Translations under genes and position numbers: made by a program
Notes under the pieces: model-generated
What the model was told of the DNA's origin: nothing
What the model saw: the letters and a program-made list of their open reading frames with translations, nothing else
Database searches by the model: none
Shown here: positions 10,802 through 21,421 of the stretch, piece by piece
Position numbering within the stretch: position 1 is the stretch's first letter
Layout: each line of letters begins with the position of its first letter
Source of the DNA: Azolla caroliniana
Taxonomy: Eukaryota; Plantae; Polypodiophyta
Reading direction: 5' to 3'
Length of the DNA: 64,000 nucleotides
NCBI GenBank assembly: GCA_043228905.1
Contig: JBHGNT010000020.1
Span: 2,480,001-2,544,000 of the forward strand

Positions 10802-13800
10802 TGTTGGGAGACAGGTCCCTCCGGATGGGAAGAGAGAAGAACAGTGCCGAAACCGGATGAGGAGTGCCCGGCTACGGAGAGCCGGATGGTGCAGACCCGG
10901 TGAGATCCGGATGAGGAGTACCTGGCTACGGAGAGCCGGATGACACAGACCCGGTGAGAACCGGATGAGGAGTACCCGGCTACGGAGAGCCGGATGGTGC
11001 AGACCCGGTGAGATCCGGATGAGGAGTACCGGTTACGGAGAGCCGGATGGTGCAGACCCGGTGAGAACCGGATGAAGAGACATATTAGTAAATATGTTTC
11101 TGAGAGTCCATCGAGGCTATATTTGTAAATAGCCGAAAAGTCATATTAGTATAAATATGACTTAGGGCAAACTTATAGTATGTTGTTGTTATTCTTGTCT
11201 GCGCGAGATTAGAGCGCGTAACTGTGTACAAAGAGAGAGAGAGAGAGAAAGAGGTCATTGCCTCTGTTGTAACCGCCGCCTGTGGCGAAGATCGTGAGCA
11301 CGAGGTCGTTGCCTCCGTGAACTCACTGCTGTACATACTAACCTAGTGATAGTTTGCAGCCTGTGGGTTGCCGTGGTTTTTTCCCTAGTTTGGGGTTTTT
11401 CCACGTTAAACATTATGTGTACTCTTCTCTCCTTTGTGTCGTGCGTTTTATTTCCCGTTTTTCTGTGTATGATTCTAAGCTCGGTTGTGGCCGAGCGTTG
11501 TGCATAAGGAGCGTTGTAGTTCCCGTCAAGTGGTATCAGAGCAAAATGACACAGAAAATGGACGAATCGTTTGGCGGCATGTTCAAGCTCACCGGCTCCA
11601 ACTATTCAGTGTGGAAGTCGAAGATGAGGGACATGCTCGTGGTTAAAGATCTCTGGCTGCCGGTTCAGTTCGGGGACAAGAGACCGGACAAAATCGACGC
11701 CGCGATATGGGAGGTGATGCACATGAAGACAACGGCGTACATACGGTGCTTCATCGACATGCGCCTATACAACAACTTCAATGAAGAGAGCAAGGCTCAT
11801 GAGCTCTGGGAGAAGATCGGCATAATGTTTCAAAACAAAAATGCTGTTAACCAAGTTTCGGTATTCCGGAAGCTAGTAAGACTCCGGTACCAAGATGGCT
11901 CCAGCATGGCGGAGCACATGAATGCCTTCCAGGGGCTTATACACCAGGCAACATCATTGGAAGTACCTCTCGCCGACGAGGTACTAGCGCTACTCCTGCT
12001 CGGTTCCCTCCCGGATAGCTGGGAGACGTTGGTTGTCACTTTGGGCAACGCCGGGCCGGAAGGAAAGCGGTTATCCCTAGCAAGAGTGAAGTCGAGCTTG
12101 CTGGATGAGGAGGCGCGTCGGAAAGATAAAGATACGAGCTCCAACTCCAAAGCGCTCCTTACCGAATCGGAACGCGGAAGACATAGAAACCGTAGTCCCC
12201 AGAACCGGGAGAAGTCGGGGACACGGTCAAAGTCAAGGGGGAGGCCTACTTGCTTCTATTGCGGCAAGCCGGGACACTTCCAAAAGAACTGTCGGCATTT
12301 CCATAAAGACAAGGAAACCGACGGTACCGATTCGAAGCGGACCCTGGACCAGAACGGTAAAGACTGGAGGGAACCAGACCGGAAGGGAACGACGACAATC
12401 GCGGCAAGTGAAGAAGAGTTGATGCTCATCACCGAGGAGAGTGAGATAAACCTTGCCGGCAACGAGATGACCTGGGTGGTAGACTCCGGAGCATCGTTCC
12501 ACCTTACCCCGGACCGGAAATGCTTCTCATCCTACTCAACCGGTGATCACGGCTGTGTTCGGATGGGGAATGAAGGTACATGCCGAATCGTCGGCATAGG
12601 AGACGTGTGGCTGTCAACACCAACCGGATGCAAGTTGCTGCTGAAGGATGTCCGATACGTTCCGGAGGTTCGTCTGAACCTGATATCAGCCGGTCGGCTA
12701 GATGATGAAGGCTACACGGGTAGCATCCGGAACGGTGTCATGAAATTCAACAAAGGGAGCCTGATTGTGGCTAGGGCCCGAAAGGTCAACACACTGTACC
12801 TGATGAATGCCTGGTTATGTCCGGAGGAAGTGAACTTGGCATCCGACACTGCCGGTGACCTGTGGCACAAGAGACTGTGTCATATGAGCGAGAAGGGGAT
12901 GAAGAGGCTTGCAGACGACAACCTCATTCCAGTGAAGAACGTGCACTTGGAGAAGTGCACTGATTGTCTGGCCGGTAAGCAAAACCGGACCTCCTTCCGA
13001 CCCAGGCCACCGATGAGACGTAATGCACCACTAGAGTTAGTGCATACAGATGTGTGTCAAGTACACACGAAGTCACATGCCGGAGCGCAGTACTTCGTGA
13101 CGTTCATAGATGACCACAACCGGAAGCTGTGGGCCACACCGTTGAAGACGAAGGATCAGGTGCTATTTGTCTTCAAAGAGCTCCACGCGAGAGTGGAAAG
13201 AGAAACCGGCCGGAAGCTGAAGGCGGTTTGAGCATATAACGGAGGAGAATACTGGGGGCAGTTCGAGGAGTACTGCCGCTCGAAGGGAATCCGGCTCGAA
13301 TTTACCGTGCCGAAGACACCGGAACTAAACGGACTGGCCGAGAGGATGAACCGGACCATAATGGAGAGGGTCCGGAGTATGCTAGCGCATGCAAAACTAC
13401 CCAAGAAGTTTTGGGCTGAGGCACTGTCGACGGCGACATATGTGATAAACAGATCACCCTCAGTACCCTTGGACGGAGACACGCCACAGAGAGTATGGAC
13501 CGGTAAGGAAGTGTCCTACCGGCATCTGAAGGTGTTCGGGTGTCTCGCGTACGTGCATGTATCTAAGGACTGGAGAGGAAAGTTAGATCCAAAGACCCAG
13601 CCATGCATATTCCTCGGTTACGGTGACGATGAGTTCGGCTACCGAGTGTGGGACCTGGTCGACAAGAAGGTATTCCGGAGTTGAGATATTATCTTCATGG
13701 AGGACAAGACGCTCGCCGACTGGAAGTCGGAGAAGAAGATAATGAACTCCGAGTCAACCGGTAAGGATAGATTCTACGATGAGCAGACCCAACCGGTAAG

Positions 13801-16306
13801 AGACCGGTTAACACTCGAGGGACCAGCCGGTTACGGTGAGGATACCGAACAGGCTGAAGAAGAAGTAGAGGAAGCTAAAACCGGAACTGGCCAAGACCCC
13901 GAATCAGATTCGGATGAAGAGCAAATAGAGGAGCCAGATACCGAAGCCCAACCGACAAGAGACCGGTTAGCACTCGAGGAACCAGCCGGTTACGATGAGG
14001 ATACCGTACCGGCAGAAGAAGAAGTAGAGGAAGCTGAGACCGGAACCGGCCAAGATCCCGAATCAGATTCGGATGAAGAGCAAATGGAGGAGCCGGTTAC
14101 CGAAGCCCGAAGACGTAGATATCCTCTCAGAGAGAGAAGGCCCCCCCGGAGATTTCCGGATGCAGAGCATGTGCTGCTGACCGATGAGGGGGAGCCGGAA
14201 AGCTTCGAAGAAGCGAAGGATGACACCCATAGCCGCAAATGGTTAAGTGCCATGCAGGATGAGATGGATTCCCTGCATGAGAACCATACGTACGAATTGG
14301 TGGAGTTTCCGAAAGGAAAGCGGGACTCCGAAACAAGTGGGTGTACAAGTTGAAACCGGGAGATGCCGGCAACCCCCCGAGATACAAAGCTAGGATCGTG
14401 GTGAAGGGGTTCCAGCAGGAAAAGGGCGTGGACTTTGACGAGATATTTGCCCCAGTTGTAAAGATGACCTCCATCCGGACGGTGCTGAGTATAGCGGCAA
14501 GCATGGACCTTGAGGTAGAGCAGCTGGACGTGAAGACGACATTCCTTCATGGTGACCTCGAAGAGGAGATCTACATGCAGCAACTGGAAGGATTTGTGGA
14601 GAAAGGGAAGGAGCACCTGGTATGCCGGCTGAAGAAGAGCCTGTACGGACTAAAGCAGGCTCCCCGAAAATGGTACCGGAAGTTCGATTCCTTCATGACC
14701 GATCAAGGGTACCACAAGACGCAGGCCGATCACTGCGTGTTTGTGAAGAAGTTCGAAGGAGGCGACTTTCTGATACTCCTTCTGTACGTGGATGACATGT
14801 TGATTGTCGAACGTGACCAAGTCAAAATACGGATGCTGAAGAAGGCTCTCAATCGGACCTTCTCAATGAAAGACTTGGGTTCGGCAAGACAGATGCTGGG
14901 GATGCACATCATTCGGGACCGGTCAAAGAAGCAATTATGGTTGTTATAGGAGAAGTACGTGACAAAGGTGCTTCACCGGTTCAAAATGTCAGAAGCGAAA
15001 CCGGTCGGATCGACACTTCCGGCAAACTACAGGCTATCCGGTAAGCAAAGCCTGAAGACGAAAGCAGAGAAGGCGGATATGATGAAGATTCCATATGCCT
15101 CTGCCGTTGGGAGCTTGATGTACGCAATGGTGTGTACCCGACCGGATATAGGATACGCAGTTGGAGTGGTGAGCCGGTTTATGAGCAATCCCGGCAAGGA
15201 GCACTGGAACGCTGTCAAATGGATACTCTGGTATTTGAAGGGCACTTCAAATATGTGTCTCTGATTCGGCTCCGGAAAACCTCAACTTGATGATTTTACC
15301 GATTCGGACATGTCGGCTGATGTGGATATCAGCTAGTCTACATCCGGGTATGTAATGACATATGCAGGGGGAGCTGTTTTGTGGCAGTCGAGGCTGCAGA
15401 AGACGGTTGCATTGTCAACCACGGAGGCGGAGTACATTGCAGCTGTGGAAGCCGGCAAGGAAGTATTATGGATGAAGGACTTCATCGGAGAGCTCGGTAT
15501 CCGACAGGATGAATACCGACTCTATTGCGACAGTCAAAGTGCCATCCACCTTGCTAAGAATGCGGCCTACCATTCCAGGACGAAGCATATCCAACGAATA
15601 TATCACTAGATCCGGGAAAGAGTAGATGACCAGGAGTTCGCGCTGACGAAGATCCACACGACCAAGAACGGGTCAGATATGCTGACCAAAGTTCTAATAC
15701 CCGACAAGCTGAATGCATGCCGGAAGAGGATCAGACTGGTAAGACACCCCATGCCGGAGTGAAGGGGGAGTTTGTTGGGAGACAGGTCCCTCCGTATGGG
15801 AAGAGAGAAGAACAATGCCGAAACCGGATGAGGAGTGCCCGGCTACGAAGAGCCGGATGGTGCAGACCCGGTGAGATCCGGATGAGGAGTACCCGGCTAC
15901 GGAGAGCCGGATGACACAGACCCGGTGAGAACCGGATGAGGAGTACCCGGCTACGGAGAGCCGGATGGTGCAGACCCGGTGAGAACTAGATGAGGAGTAC
16001 CCGGCTACGGAGAGCCGGATGACGTAGACCCGATGAGAACCGGATGAGGAGTACCTGGCTACGGAGAGCCGGATGGTGCAGACCCGGTGAGATCCGGATG
16101 AGGAGTACTCGGCTACGGAGAGCCGGATGGTGCAGACCCGGTGAGAACCGGATGAAGCGACATATTAGTAAATATGTTTCTGAGAGTCCATCGAGGCTAT
16201 ATTTGTAAATAGCCGAAAAGTCGTATTAGTATAAATATGACTTAGGGCAAACTTATAGTATGTTGTTGTTATTCTTGTCTGCGCGAGATTAGAGCGCGTA
16301 ACTGTG

Positions 16307-16351
<45 letters not shown>

Positions 16352-16626
16352 GTCGTTGCCTCTGTTGTAACCGCCGCCTATGGCGAAGATCGTGAGCACG
16401 AGGTCATTGCCTCCGTGAACTCATTGTTGTACATACTAACCTAGTGATAGTTTGCAGCCTGTGGGCTGCCGTGGTTTTTTCCCTAGTTTGGGGTTTTTCC
16501 ACGTTAAACATTATGTGTACTCTTCTCTCCTTTGTGTCGTGCGTTTTATTTCTCGTTTTTCTGTGTATGATTCTAAGCTCGGTTGTGGCCGAGCGTTGTG
16601 CATAAGGAGCGTTGTAGTTCCCATCA
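10802..16626 (+). mobile_element. Copia C: full-length, decayed Tnt1/Tork-like element
   Basis: LTRs 10802-11528 and 15773-16626 (54-bp repeat, 4 vs 6 copies). TSD TGATT/TGATT. PBS TGGTATCAGAGC at 11531-11542. PPT at ~15761-15770. Confidence 0.95.
11546..15762 (+). pseudogene. gag-pol: Copia gag-pol with several premature stops and a frameshift
   Basis: ORF pieces 11354-13231, 13307-13684, 13697-14353, 14341-14949, 14959-15264 and 15355-15609 are colinear with the Copia B protein. Confidence 0.93.
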
Positions 16627-17449
16627 TGATTCGGATACATTGAATCAACTAAGGGCCAAGCGGAGAAAAGGGCAATGAAGGACGCGCCAACACCGTGACA
16701 ACAAGGGAGCTAAGAAGGGCCGAACGAGCAGACAAGCTGACCGGAAGGGTCGAAGCGCGTGGAATCGAATGGGTCGAGGAGCGCGAGCAAGGCGTGAAGC
16801 TAGAAGGAACCAGAGCGTAGATCCGGAAGAGCGGACGGAACCTCAAGTTGAGCTTGAGGGGGAGTGTTGAGTGACAAGCTCAACATTGGGTGCGTAATAC
16901 GACACGTTGTCGTGCCTTTCGGCTCCGGATCGTTGCGTGAGTCGGGTGGGAACCACAGAGGTCTTGGACTAGGAGAAAGAAGTTCGTGAGATAGAGATTA
17001 ATTATGAGTAAATAGCAAAGAGAAAGATAAGAAACTCGTGAATCACACGAGTATACTATATTAATTGGTACTTAGGGTGTTAAGAGAGAAGTAGATGTAT
17101 AAATCGTGAATCCCACGAATAATTTTTGTATTGATTAATACTTAATCCAAATAATCAACAACTCTTTACATATTTCTCTCCTCCTTATATAAGGAAGGAA
17201 GAGCTAAGCATGGCTTCATGCTTTTTTTTTATTACAAAAAGTGTTCATGTCCACTAAATGTGCATGTGATGCTTTTTTATTTCCTAAGTATAGGGCTCAT
17301 GCACGCTAGATGTGCATGAGTTATTTTTAGTGTCTCGTGTTTTTTCTTTTTCATATATTAAAGAATACACGATTTACCTTTTAATAAAGGTATGCATAAA
17401 TAAAGGTCTTATACATATTAAATCTATATTTAAAGCACTTAAGATAAGT

Positions 17450-17503
17450 TAATGTAATGGTAAGGTTGGGGTTTGTCAACGTGGAGGTGCAGAGTTCGAA
17501 TCA
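17450..17503 (+). promoter_or_regulatory. tRNA-like A-box/B-box module in the Gypsy D LTR (second copy at ~24032-24085)
   Basis: TAATGTAATGGTAAG ... GGAGGTGCAGAGTTCGAATC; boxes 43 nt apart; antisense to the element. Confidence 0.45.
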
Positions 17504-17809
17504 CGCCCTGCGCAGTAGTGAGTATTTCCTTTCTTTTTACATTTATGTCTCTTTATCCGGCTCTTCCTTGCCGGTATGCCGTTTTCTTCCTTGCTGGTAT
17601 GCCGTTTTCCTCCTTGCCGGTATGCCGTTTTTCCTCGGTATGCCGTTTTCCTCCTTGCCGGTATGCCGTTTTTCCTCGGTATGCCGTTTTCCTCCTTGCC
17701 GGTATGCCGTTTTTCCTCCTTGCCGGTATGCCGTTTTCTTCCGGTTCTCCCCGAGCACTCCATTCTCTATCCGGAGGGACAAAAATATAATTTTCACATA
17801 GTGTGCAAC

Positions 17810-20800
17810 CTACACTACGACACTCGCCCCCTCCAAACCCGCACATCCTCCGGTATGTGCCGAAGTTCTTGATTCTTCGTATCCGTCTTCATCCGAAGCT
17901 TCCTCCGATTCTCCCCTTATGTCGACTATGAGTTGTAATCCACTTTCTTCGCTTCCCGCATCATTGTGGTCTTCGTCCGATTGCTCCTCGTTGTCGGCCT
18001 CGACTTGGATCACATAAGGTTTGTCGTCGGTCCGCTTCTTGAAAATCTTCACCCGCTTCCCGGCTATAGGCACTCGTAGTATTGTTCCATCCAACTCGGA
18101 CAGTCGGTACGTCCCGTTGTCGAAGACCTTCCGAACCTCGTACGGCCCGAACCACCTTTTCGCGAATTTCCGCATCGTTGTATGTTGATGGTCCAAGCTA
18201 CTATCATAGACGATCACCCAATCTCCTTCTTCAATCCTCCTCGGTCGTAGTCGGTGCTTTGTGTCGAACCGGCTTTTGTTCCGGAACCGTGCTTCGTGTT
18301 GTCGGCGTGACGCTTCCGCTACATCTTTCGGTCTTCCCTCCAGTTGTCGTATCCGGACCGCTAGTAGTTCTTCCCGGCTCATCTCTTCCTTCCACGGTAG
18401 TATTGTCCATGTCGCGATTGCGGTTTCCGTTGGCATTACCGGTGCTTGTCCGGTCATGAGTTCTGCCGGCATGTAACCGGTCACGGAGCTATGCGTCGTC
18501 CGATCCGCCCATAGTGCATACGGAAGCATTTGTGGCCAATCCTTCACCCTTCCGTCGCATGCCTTCGCAAGTGCTTTCACGATCGGACTATGTCCTCGTT
18601 CGATCTTCCCGTTGGCCTCCGGATTGTAGGCCGTTGTCAACGTTAACCGAACTCCATGTTTGGCGAAGAATCCCCTAGCTTTGTCCGAGTCGAGTTCTCC
18701 CCGGTCCGCAATCACTTGTCCTACGCAGCCGTACCTACAAAACACTTCTTCCAAAAGAAATTGGCACACCGCGGCACACGTTTTCCTCCGAAGCGCTCGA
18801 CCTTCAACTTGGTTTGTGAGATCTTCTCGAGCTAACACCAAGTATTTCTTTTGTCCAATCCCGGTCGGCATAGCTACAATGTCGACCATCCACTTGAAGT
18901 TGATTGTCGGTGAGAATGTCGGATGCAGCTCATCTCGGTGTCGGACCCCGGAGTAGACTTGACATTTCTCGCAGCTTTCTGTGAACTCCGCGACATCTTT
19001 ATACATGTTCTTCCACCAATATCTTTGCTTGATTTTCACAAAAGTTGCCCATGTTCCTCGATGTCCAGCCCAATCGGATTCGTGGAACTCAGACATTATC
19101 CGGTTTCGTTGCTCTTTCGTCCCGACTACTCGAAGTGGTATCCCATCCGGTCTTTTCGGCGTCCTCCATATTAAACCGTTTTCCAAGAAGAACTTTTGGA
19201 CTTGCCTCTTCTTCCTTCGGATCTCGGCTCTCCTTTCTTTATCATTGGTTGAATCCTCGACCTCTTGTAGCATCTTCCCGATCATCAAGGTTTCCCCCTC
19301 GTATTCTTCTTCCCGGAATTCTCGGATCACGTTCACTCGGCATATGTGTTCTGACGTGAAGTAGTCTTCGGAAACTTCTTCATTATCTGATTCGGTTATG
19401 TCGTCTTCAAACCGCGCCCTCGATAACATGTCCGCTACCGCGTTGTCCTTCCCCGAGATGTGTCGAACCTCCGGATTAAGTGACTTGACATATGCAATCC
19501 ACCTTAGCATAGCCACATCCGGTATCGTACAACACCGCATCATCCCGAGTATCGGAAGACAATCCGTCTCGATCACCACTTCAGCTCCGATCAAATAATC
19601 CCGATCCGATTTTATCGCCGACACGACTCCCCACAATTCTCTTTTGACTTGTGCATATCCGCGTTGCCTTTCGTTGAGGACCTTTGCTCCAAATCGGATC
19701 GGATACCGCGAACCATCCGAGTCGGCTTGATTGATGACCCACCCGATACCGGTTGGACTTGTATCAACCGTTACTATGATTGGCCGCTCGTAGCTTGGCT
19801 TCTTAAGTGATTCCGCCCTCCATAGTGTCTTCTTGAGCTTCCTCATGGCTTTAGTGTGTTCCGGTTTCCACTCGAATTTCTTACCTTTCCGCAACAAGTG
19901 ATAGAGCGGGTCCGCTATATGTGCATAGTGCGGAATCCATATGTGATAGAATGCACACGCACCCAGAAACCTTCGGACTTCCGATGTTGACTCACATACT
20001 TCCTTCATAGCTTGAATCGCATCGATCTTTGTTGGTGACGGTCTTCGGCCGTAGGGTCCACATAGATGTCCGACCACCAATATTTCTTCTTGCCCGAATG
20101 CCGATTTCTCCCCGGAAAGTGTTAGGTGCACATCTTCTAGCTTTCGCAACACTTTCTCGCAATCATGAATATGGTCGACCACGAACTTTCGGCATCCCCG
20201 ATCATCCATAGTCTCATCTTTTTCTTCCACCGCGCATCCTTTCATCGGAATGTCATCTAGAAACGGCATCGTTATCTCCGGGATGCAATCTCGAAGCACC
20301 TTGTTCATCGCGTTCATCATATGTGCAACCGAGTTTGTCGCTCCTTGTGGTAGTGTGCACATTCGAACTAGTCCTATCGGTGTCCGCATGGTAGTGATGT
20401 CTCGGCTCTCCACGGCTAGTTGGAATTGGTCATACCCCGAGTATAGGTCCCCGATGGAGTATATCGCACGTCCGGCAAAAGCTTCCGCGAATTCGTCCAC
20501 TATCGGACCGACTCCCGAGTTCCGGATCGTGACCTTGTTCACCGGTTGCAAGTCTTGGATGAATCGGAGTGACCCATTCTTCTTCGGAACCGTAAACCAT
20601 CGATTTGAGTACGGAGCACTCGATGGCTCTAGAATCCCCATCGCCACCTTCTCCTTGAGTAAGTCGATGACTTTCGGAATATGCGCCCGTGGCACCGGAA
20701 TCGGCTTCAGGTTCCACGGTACATGATCAATCGTGAAAATCACCATCGGCTCCACTATCTTTGGATCAATGCATCCGATCTCCCTCGATGTGAACGCGAA

Positions 20801-21277
20801 TGCTTTGCCATGTTGCTCCAACATCTCTCGAAACCGTTTTTCTTCTTCTTGTAAGAGGAACCCACCTCCACCGATCCGAAGTTTCTTCCGGGTCTCATCT
20901 GTGAAGGCATGTCCGATATCCACGTACTTCCGAAGTGTCGGATCTCCCGAGACTTCTTTCTTCTTTTGTTCGCTATCAGCGGGTAGTGGTCCCGCGGCCG
21001 GTTTCACCTTCTTCTCCACGGTCTTGTATTTCGTACTTACCATTGCTTCTTCTTTGCGGAGCGCATCCGGCCCCATTTTCGCAACGATCTCGTACATCTC
21101 GACCGATTCCACCGGGACTACCCGGTTCCCTTGGCTTTTATCTTCCGCAAGCTCTTCAAGCCGTTGTAGTGTATTCCCATAGAACACTTCCTCGATCACT
21201 CCCACGATTTCTTCGTCTTCTTTTATTATTGATGCCGACCGTAACTTATCCTCCACTTGTCGGTATTGTTTCTTCAT
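17810..21277 (-). CDS. pol: Gypsy Pol (RT-RNaseH-integrase); frame stays open upstream past the gag stop, probably entered by -1 frameshift at 21415-21421
   Basis: LPQGATNS..PFLDDI, VDTSPTGIG (RNaseH), FHESDWAGH..CEKC, WMVDI/IADRG/ANGKIER, RWFGPY. No chromodomain; acidic tail. Confidence 0.95.
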   Translation of the reverse strand: MKKQYRQVEDKLRSASIIKEDEEIVGVIEEVFYGNTLQRLEELAEDKSQGNRVVPVESVEMYEIVAKMGPDALRKEEAMVSTKYKTVEKKVKPAAGPLPADSEQKKKEVSGDPTLRKYVDIGHAFTDETRKKLRIGGGGFLLQEEEKRFREMLEQHGKAFAFTSREIGCIDPKIVEPMVIFTIDHVPWNLKPIPVPRAHIPKVIDLLKEKVAMGILEPSSAPYSNRWFTVPKKNGSLRFIQDLQPVNKVTIRNSGVGPIVDEFAEAFAGRAIYSIGDLYSGYDQFQLAVESRDITTMRTPIGLVRMCTLPQGATNSVAHMMNAMNKVLRDCIPEITMPFLDDIPMKGCAVEEKDETMDDRGCRKFVVDHIHDCEKVLRKLEDVHLTLSGEKSAFGQEEILVVGHLCGPYGRRPSPTKIDAIQAMKEVCESTSEVRRFLGACAFYHIWIPHYAHIADPLYHLLRKGKKFEWKPEHTKAMRKLKKTLWRAESLKKPSYERPIIVTVDTSPTGIGWVINQADSDGSRYPIRFGAKVLNERQRGYAQVKRELWGVVSAIKSDRDYLIGAEVVIETDCLPILGMMRCCTIPDVAMLRWIAYVKSLNPEVRHISGKDNAVADMLSRARFEDDITESDNEEVSEDYFTSEHICRVNVIREFREEEYEGETLMIGKMLQEVEDSTNDKERRAEIRRKKRQVQKFFLENGLIWRTPKRPDGIPLRVVGTKEQRNRIMSEFHESDWAGHRGTWATFVKIKQRYWWKNMYKDVAEFTESCEKCQVYSGVRHRDELHPTFSPTINFKWMVDIVAMPTGIGQKKYLVLAREDLTNQVEGRALRRKTCAAVCQFLLEEVFCRYGCVGQVIADRGELDSDKARGFFAKHGVRLTLTTAYNPEANGKIERGHSPIVKALAKACDGRVKDWPQMLPYALWADRTTHSSVTGYMPAELMTGQAPVMPTETAIATWTILPWKEEMSREELLAVRIRQLEGRPKDVAEASRRQHEARFRNKSRFDTKHRLRPRRIEEGDWVIVYDSSLDHQHTTMRKFAKRWFGPYEVRKVFDNGTYRLSELDGTILRVPIAGKRVKIFKKRTDDKPYVIQVEADNEEQSDEDHNDAGSEESGLQLIVDIRGESEEASDEDGYEESRTSAHTGGCAGLEGASVVV

Positions 21278-21357
21278 TCCTCCGGTTACGGCCGTGTACG
21301 TAGATGCCCCATCCGGGCCGATTCGTACTTGTTTTGCTCCGAGAGTTTTCTTCCTGT

Positions 21358-21421
21358 GTGGGGTATCAGGGCTTCTCGGACTATCACTTCCCCACTCCGC
21401 AACAGTCCGCTTTAAAAATCC
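21358..21421 (-). promoter_or_regulatory. Putative -1 programmed ribosomal frameshift signal (G_GAU_UUU + H-type pseudoknot)
   Basis: Heptamer immediately before the gag UAA; pol lies in the -1 frame. Stem 1 CGGACUGUU/GAUAGUCCG, stem 2 GUGGGG/CCCCAC. Confidence 0.8.

Noticed and set aside
10853-11075. Possible CRISPR array (regular repeats), also considered for 60339-61040
   Set aside because: Units are contiguous or degenerate tandem repeats inside retroelements, with no constant repeat/unique spacer geometry, no cas genes, and a eukaryotic context.
17457-17872. Repetitive ORFs in the D LTR, and similar ones in the B, C and I LTRs
   Set aside because: They are translations of LTR tandem repeats with no domain content.
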